Below, piece by piece: positions 24,044 to 26,572 of a stretch of 26,572 nt of DNA. Numbering within the stretch: position 1 is the first letter of the stretch; every line of letters begins with the position of its first letter. This stretch comes from a virus (Duplodnaviria > Caudoviricetes): positions 1 to 26,572 of IMG/VR virus record IMGVR_UViG_3300020151_000698; one strand, 5' to 3'. The position numbers and the translations under genes are program-made. A model generated the notes under the pieces. The model saw only the letters and a list, made by a program, of their open reading frames with translations, had not been told where the DNA came from and searched no databases.

Positions 24044-25645
24044 ATGGACTTACAAGAACTAATCAGAGAACGAGAGTGGCGTTTGTGTCGTGGACCAGAA
24101 AACGCAACCATTGAACAACAACTAGAAGCATTCATATATTTCTGTGAAAACTACTGGTACATTAAACACCCAGAAAAAGGACGCATAAAGTTCACAATGC
24201 GTGACGCACAGATTGAAACCATGGAAACATGGATGTCAGAACGATACAGCATTGTGCTAAAGGCACGCCAGATTGGTTTCTCCACTCTGGCTGCCGCCTA
24301 CGCTTTCTGGCTAGTGTTTTTTGCACCAGACCGTTTTGTAGTTATGTTATCTAGAACAGAACGAGAGTCTGTTAAATTGCTTGCTAAATCTAAATATGGT
24401 TTTCGTTTTCTTCCACAATGGATGAAAGAACGAGGACCTAAACAAACTAGCGACCATCAACAGAAAATGATGTTTGCTAACGAGTCTGCTATTGAATCTT
24501 TACCTAGCGGTTCCGACCCTGCCCGTGGTGAATCAGTGTATCTAGTTATTGTGGATGAGTGGGCTTTCCTACCTAACCCTGAAGAAGCATGGGCTTCTAT
24601 TGAACCCATTGCCGATGTCGGTGGTCGTGTAATTGGTTTGTCCACCGCCAACGGGTCTGGTAACTTCTTTCACCAAATGTGGGTTGGTTCCCAAACGGGA
24701 ACAAACCAATTTGAAGGTATATTTTTTCCATGGAGTGCAGGTGACCGTGATGAGGATTGGTATGAAGTTAAAACACGCAACATGCAGGCTTGGCAGTTAC
24801 ATCAAGAATACCCCCGTAGCCCTGAAGAGGCTTTTGTTAAGTCGGGTAATCCTGTCTTTGATATTGACCTACTTGACTCTTTTGGTGTTATTGAACCTAC
24901 GGAAGGACGACTCAGGGCGTACGCAGACCAAAAATTTGAGTTCATTGACGAACCTGATGGTCCGTTGTCTATTTGGAGTTTTCCTTTGCCTGATAGTGTG
25001 TACTGCATTGGGGCTGATGTGGCTGAGGGGCTTAGTTATGGTGACTATAGTTCTGCTCATGTCATTGACGCTACTACTGGTGAAGTTATTGCTCACTGGC
25101 ATGGACATGTTGAGCCAGATATTTTCGGGGAAATACTGGCAGATTTGGCATGGTGGTACAACCAAGCCGTACTTGCAATTGAGTCAAACAACCACGGATT
25201 AACCACAATTAAAGCAGCACAACGGGTTGGGTACCGTAACTTGTATCGCCAGAGAAAAGTTACGCAACGCAACCCTCAGGCTACTGAAACCATGGGTTGG
25301 AAAACAACAACGGTTACTAAACCGTTGTCTATTGATGAGTTGTCTGCGTCTATCCGTACAGAGGATTTGACTATTTACTGTTATAAAACTATTGGGGAGT
25401 TGCGTACCTATGTGCGCAAGGACAACGGTAGGACTACTGGTTCTCCTCATGACGACAGAACTATGTCTTTGGCTATTGCTAATCAAATGTTAAAGTATGT
25501 TTGGCTTCCTGAATACAGGGGCAATGTTTCTGTACCTAAAAATAGTCTTTTATGGTGGGAACAGCACATGTATAGTGAAAAAGGTGAAGGTAAAATGCCT
25601 ATTGGGGCGCATAATATTCGTGCCAGCCTTAAAAGCCCTCTTTAG
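24044..25645 (+). CDS. terL: Terminase large subunit
   Basis: KARQIGFST Walker A, VIVDEW Walker B, STANG coupling motif, and RNase H-like nuclease motifs GADVAEG, IESNNHG and HDD. Confidence 0.96.
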   Translation: MDLQELIREREWRLCRGPENATIEQQLEAFIYFCENYWYIKHPEKGRIKFTMRDAQIETMETWMSERYSIVLKARQIGFSTLAAAYAFWLVFFAPDRFVVMLSRTERESVKLLAKSKYGFRFLPQWMKERGPKQTSDHQQKMMFANESAIESLPSGSDPARGESVYLVIVDEWAFLPNPEEAWASIEPIADVGGRVIGLSTANGSGNFFHQMWVGSQTGTNQFEGIFFPWSAGDRDEDWYEVKTRNMQAWQLHQEYPRSPEEAFVKSGNPVFDIDLLDSFGVIEPTEGRLRAYADQKFEFIDEPDGPLSIWSFPLPDSVYCIGADVAEGLSYGDYSSAHVIDATTGEVIAHWHGHVEPDIFGEILADLAWWYNQAVLAIESNNHGLTTIKAAQRVGYRNLYRQRKVTQRNPQATETMGWKTTTVTKPLSIDELSASIRTEDLTIYCYKTIGELRTYVRKDNGRTTGSPHDDRTMSLAIANQMLKYVWLPEYRGNVSVPKNSLLWWEQHMYSEKGEGKMPIGAHNIRASLKSPL

Positions 25646-25646
25646 G

Positions 25647-25665
25647 GAACAAGAAGTGTATTATT
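25647..25665 (+). promoter_or_regulatory. Putative leaderless late promoter (GAACA-N14-ATG)
   Basis: GAACA 19 nt before ATG 25666; no SD. Confidence 0.65.
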
Positions 25666-25896
25666 ATGGAACTTAAACACTTTATTTGTCTTGAATGCGG
25701 AGACAACGCCTATCAGGTGGTACAAAAAAGGGGTGAAGTGTGTTTCAAATGCCATATTAAAGGTATTAAACTTGCTTTTACTTACGGTAAAGAAACTTTT
25801 ACTGGTCCTACTATTGGTGAGTTGCAGCGTAAAACTGTATCTGATGCTGCGGCTAATGGTATTAAGGCTGAACCTATCGGAAGTCGTTGGATTTAA
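25666..25896 (+). CDS. Small Zn-binding protein
   Basis: CLEC...CFKC, 76 aa. Confidence 0.7.
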   Translation: MELKHFICLECGDNAYQVVQKRGEVCFKCHIKGIKLAFTYGKETFTGPTIGELQRKTVSDAAANGIKAEPIGSRWI

Positions 25897-26097
25897 GTGG
25901 AAGCGTGGCTTGTACCCATTATTGTTGCCATTATTGGTGGACCCATAATGGTTGTTATGCAGAAGTTGCGTAGCGAAAATACAAGTCAACATGCTGAGGG
26001 GCGTGAACTTCTTAATCGGGTTTTGTATAAAGTTGATGAAGTTGGAACTAAAATTGACAGCCATATTGGCTGGCATGATGGAAAAGAGATAAAATAA
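25897..26097 (+). CDS. Small single-TM membrane protein (holin-like/DUF2746-like)
   Basis: N-terminal hydrophobic helix followed by a coiled segment ending ...IDSHIGWH. Confidence 0.6.
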   Translation: MEAWLVPIIVAIIGGPIMVVMQKLRSENTSQHAEGRELLNRVLYKVDEVGTKIDSHIGWHDGKEIK

Positions 26098-26572
26098 TGG
26101 CTAAGAATACTATTGAATTCGGACGACTAAACCAAAAGATGGGGCGCAAAAAACCACCACGGTACCCTGACGACCCCGCACCACGCCCACAACCTAAAAT
26201 ACCTAACCGTGCGGGTCCCCGTAAAAAGCCTGCACCAACATACACAGCACCCCCAAAGTCCACTGCTGAAAAAATTTTAACTGGAAATCCATTTAATTCA
26301 AAGCAAATTGGTACGGTTCTTAAAGGAGCCGCAGGTGTGGCAAAAAGAATTGATTCTGGTAAAAAGGTTGTTGACAGGGCTATCATGTCTGGTGCAAAGA
26401 ATGCAACCAAATTTGTATTAGGAAGCGCAACACGAGGCAATGGAATGGCAAAAAAAGCCATTCGTTCAATAGACGACCCAACGAAATACCTTACACCTAG
26501 TAAGCGCACACCACAGAAGAGTAAGCCCAATGGTGGGCGTACTGAATATACTTTAGAACGCAAATACCGCAT
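26097..26572 (+). CDS. Lys/Arg/Pro-rich basic protein, 3'-truncated (MAKNTIEFGRLNQKMGRKKPPRYPDDPAPRPQPK...)
   Basis: ATG is TAATG-coupled to the previous stop; frame stays open to the window end. Confidence 0.7.
   Translation, partial: MAKNTIEFGRLNQKMGRKKPPRYPDDPAPRPQPKIPNRAGPRKKPAPTYTAPPKSTAEKILTGNPFNSKQIGTVLKGAAGVAKRIDSGKKVVDRAIMSGAKNATKFVLGSATRGNGMAKKAIRSIDDPTKYLTPSKRTPQKSKPNGGRTEYTLERKYR

Larger units (their letters stand above)
1..26572. mobile_element. Tailed dsDNA bacteriophage genome segment (Caudoviricetes, podovirus-like organisation)
   Basis: terS and terL, fibre genes, lysin, helicase/primase/RusA/exonuclease arm and a tRNA, in dense divergent modules; no host housekeeping genes and no integrase in the window. 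Confidence 0.97.

Noticed and set aside
26048-26572. 174-aa minus-strand ORF
   Set aside because: Antisense shadow of the coupled plus-strand ORF starting at 26097

Overview
The whole window is part of a tailed dsDNA phage genome. It is probably a podovirus-like phage with an inferred freshwater actinobacterial host, and no integrase is seen. From left to right: (1) a + strand end-of-virion module with putative internal/ejection proteins, including one of 1756 aa, and an M15-type peptidase lysin (1-7440); (2) a long - strand early/replication arm (18381->7421) with small acidic and Zn-finger proteins, a MoxR/CobS-type AAA+ ATPase and its VWA-like partner, a DUF3846-like protein, a Cas4/RecB-like exonuclease, a probable ssDNA-binding protein, DnaB-like helicase, AEP primase, RusA, a PD-(D/E)XK nuclease and a sigma region-4-only protein; (3) a structured non-coding control region, tRNA-Asn(GTT) and two small genes (18400-20030); (4) a + strand late module with terS, a fibre cassette, terL and small genes. 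The most notable signals are regulatory. Six early genes start with the same covarying hairpin, which displays the Shine-Dalgarno (UGGAG) in its loop. The early leader is heavily structured and includes a tRNA-like T-arm element. Three late genes lack an SD but carry GAACA exactly 19 nt before the ATG, suggesting a leaderless late promoter that may be read by the phage sigma-4-only protein. Family assignments come from motif recognition by eye; no searches were run.
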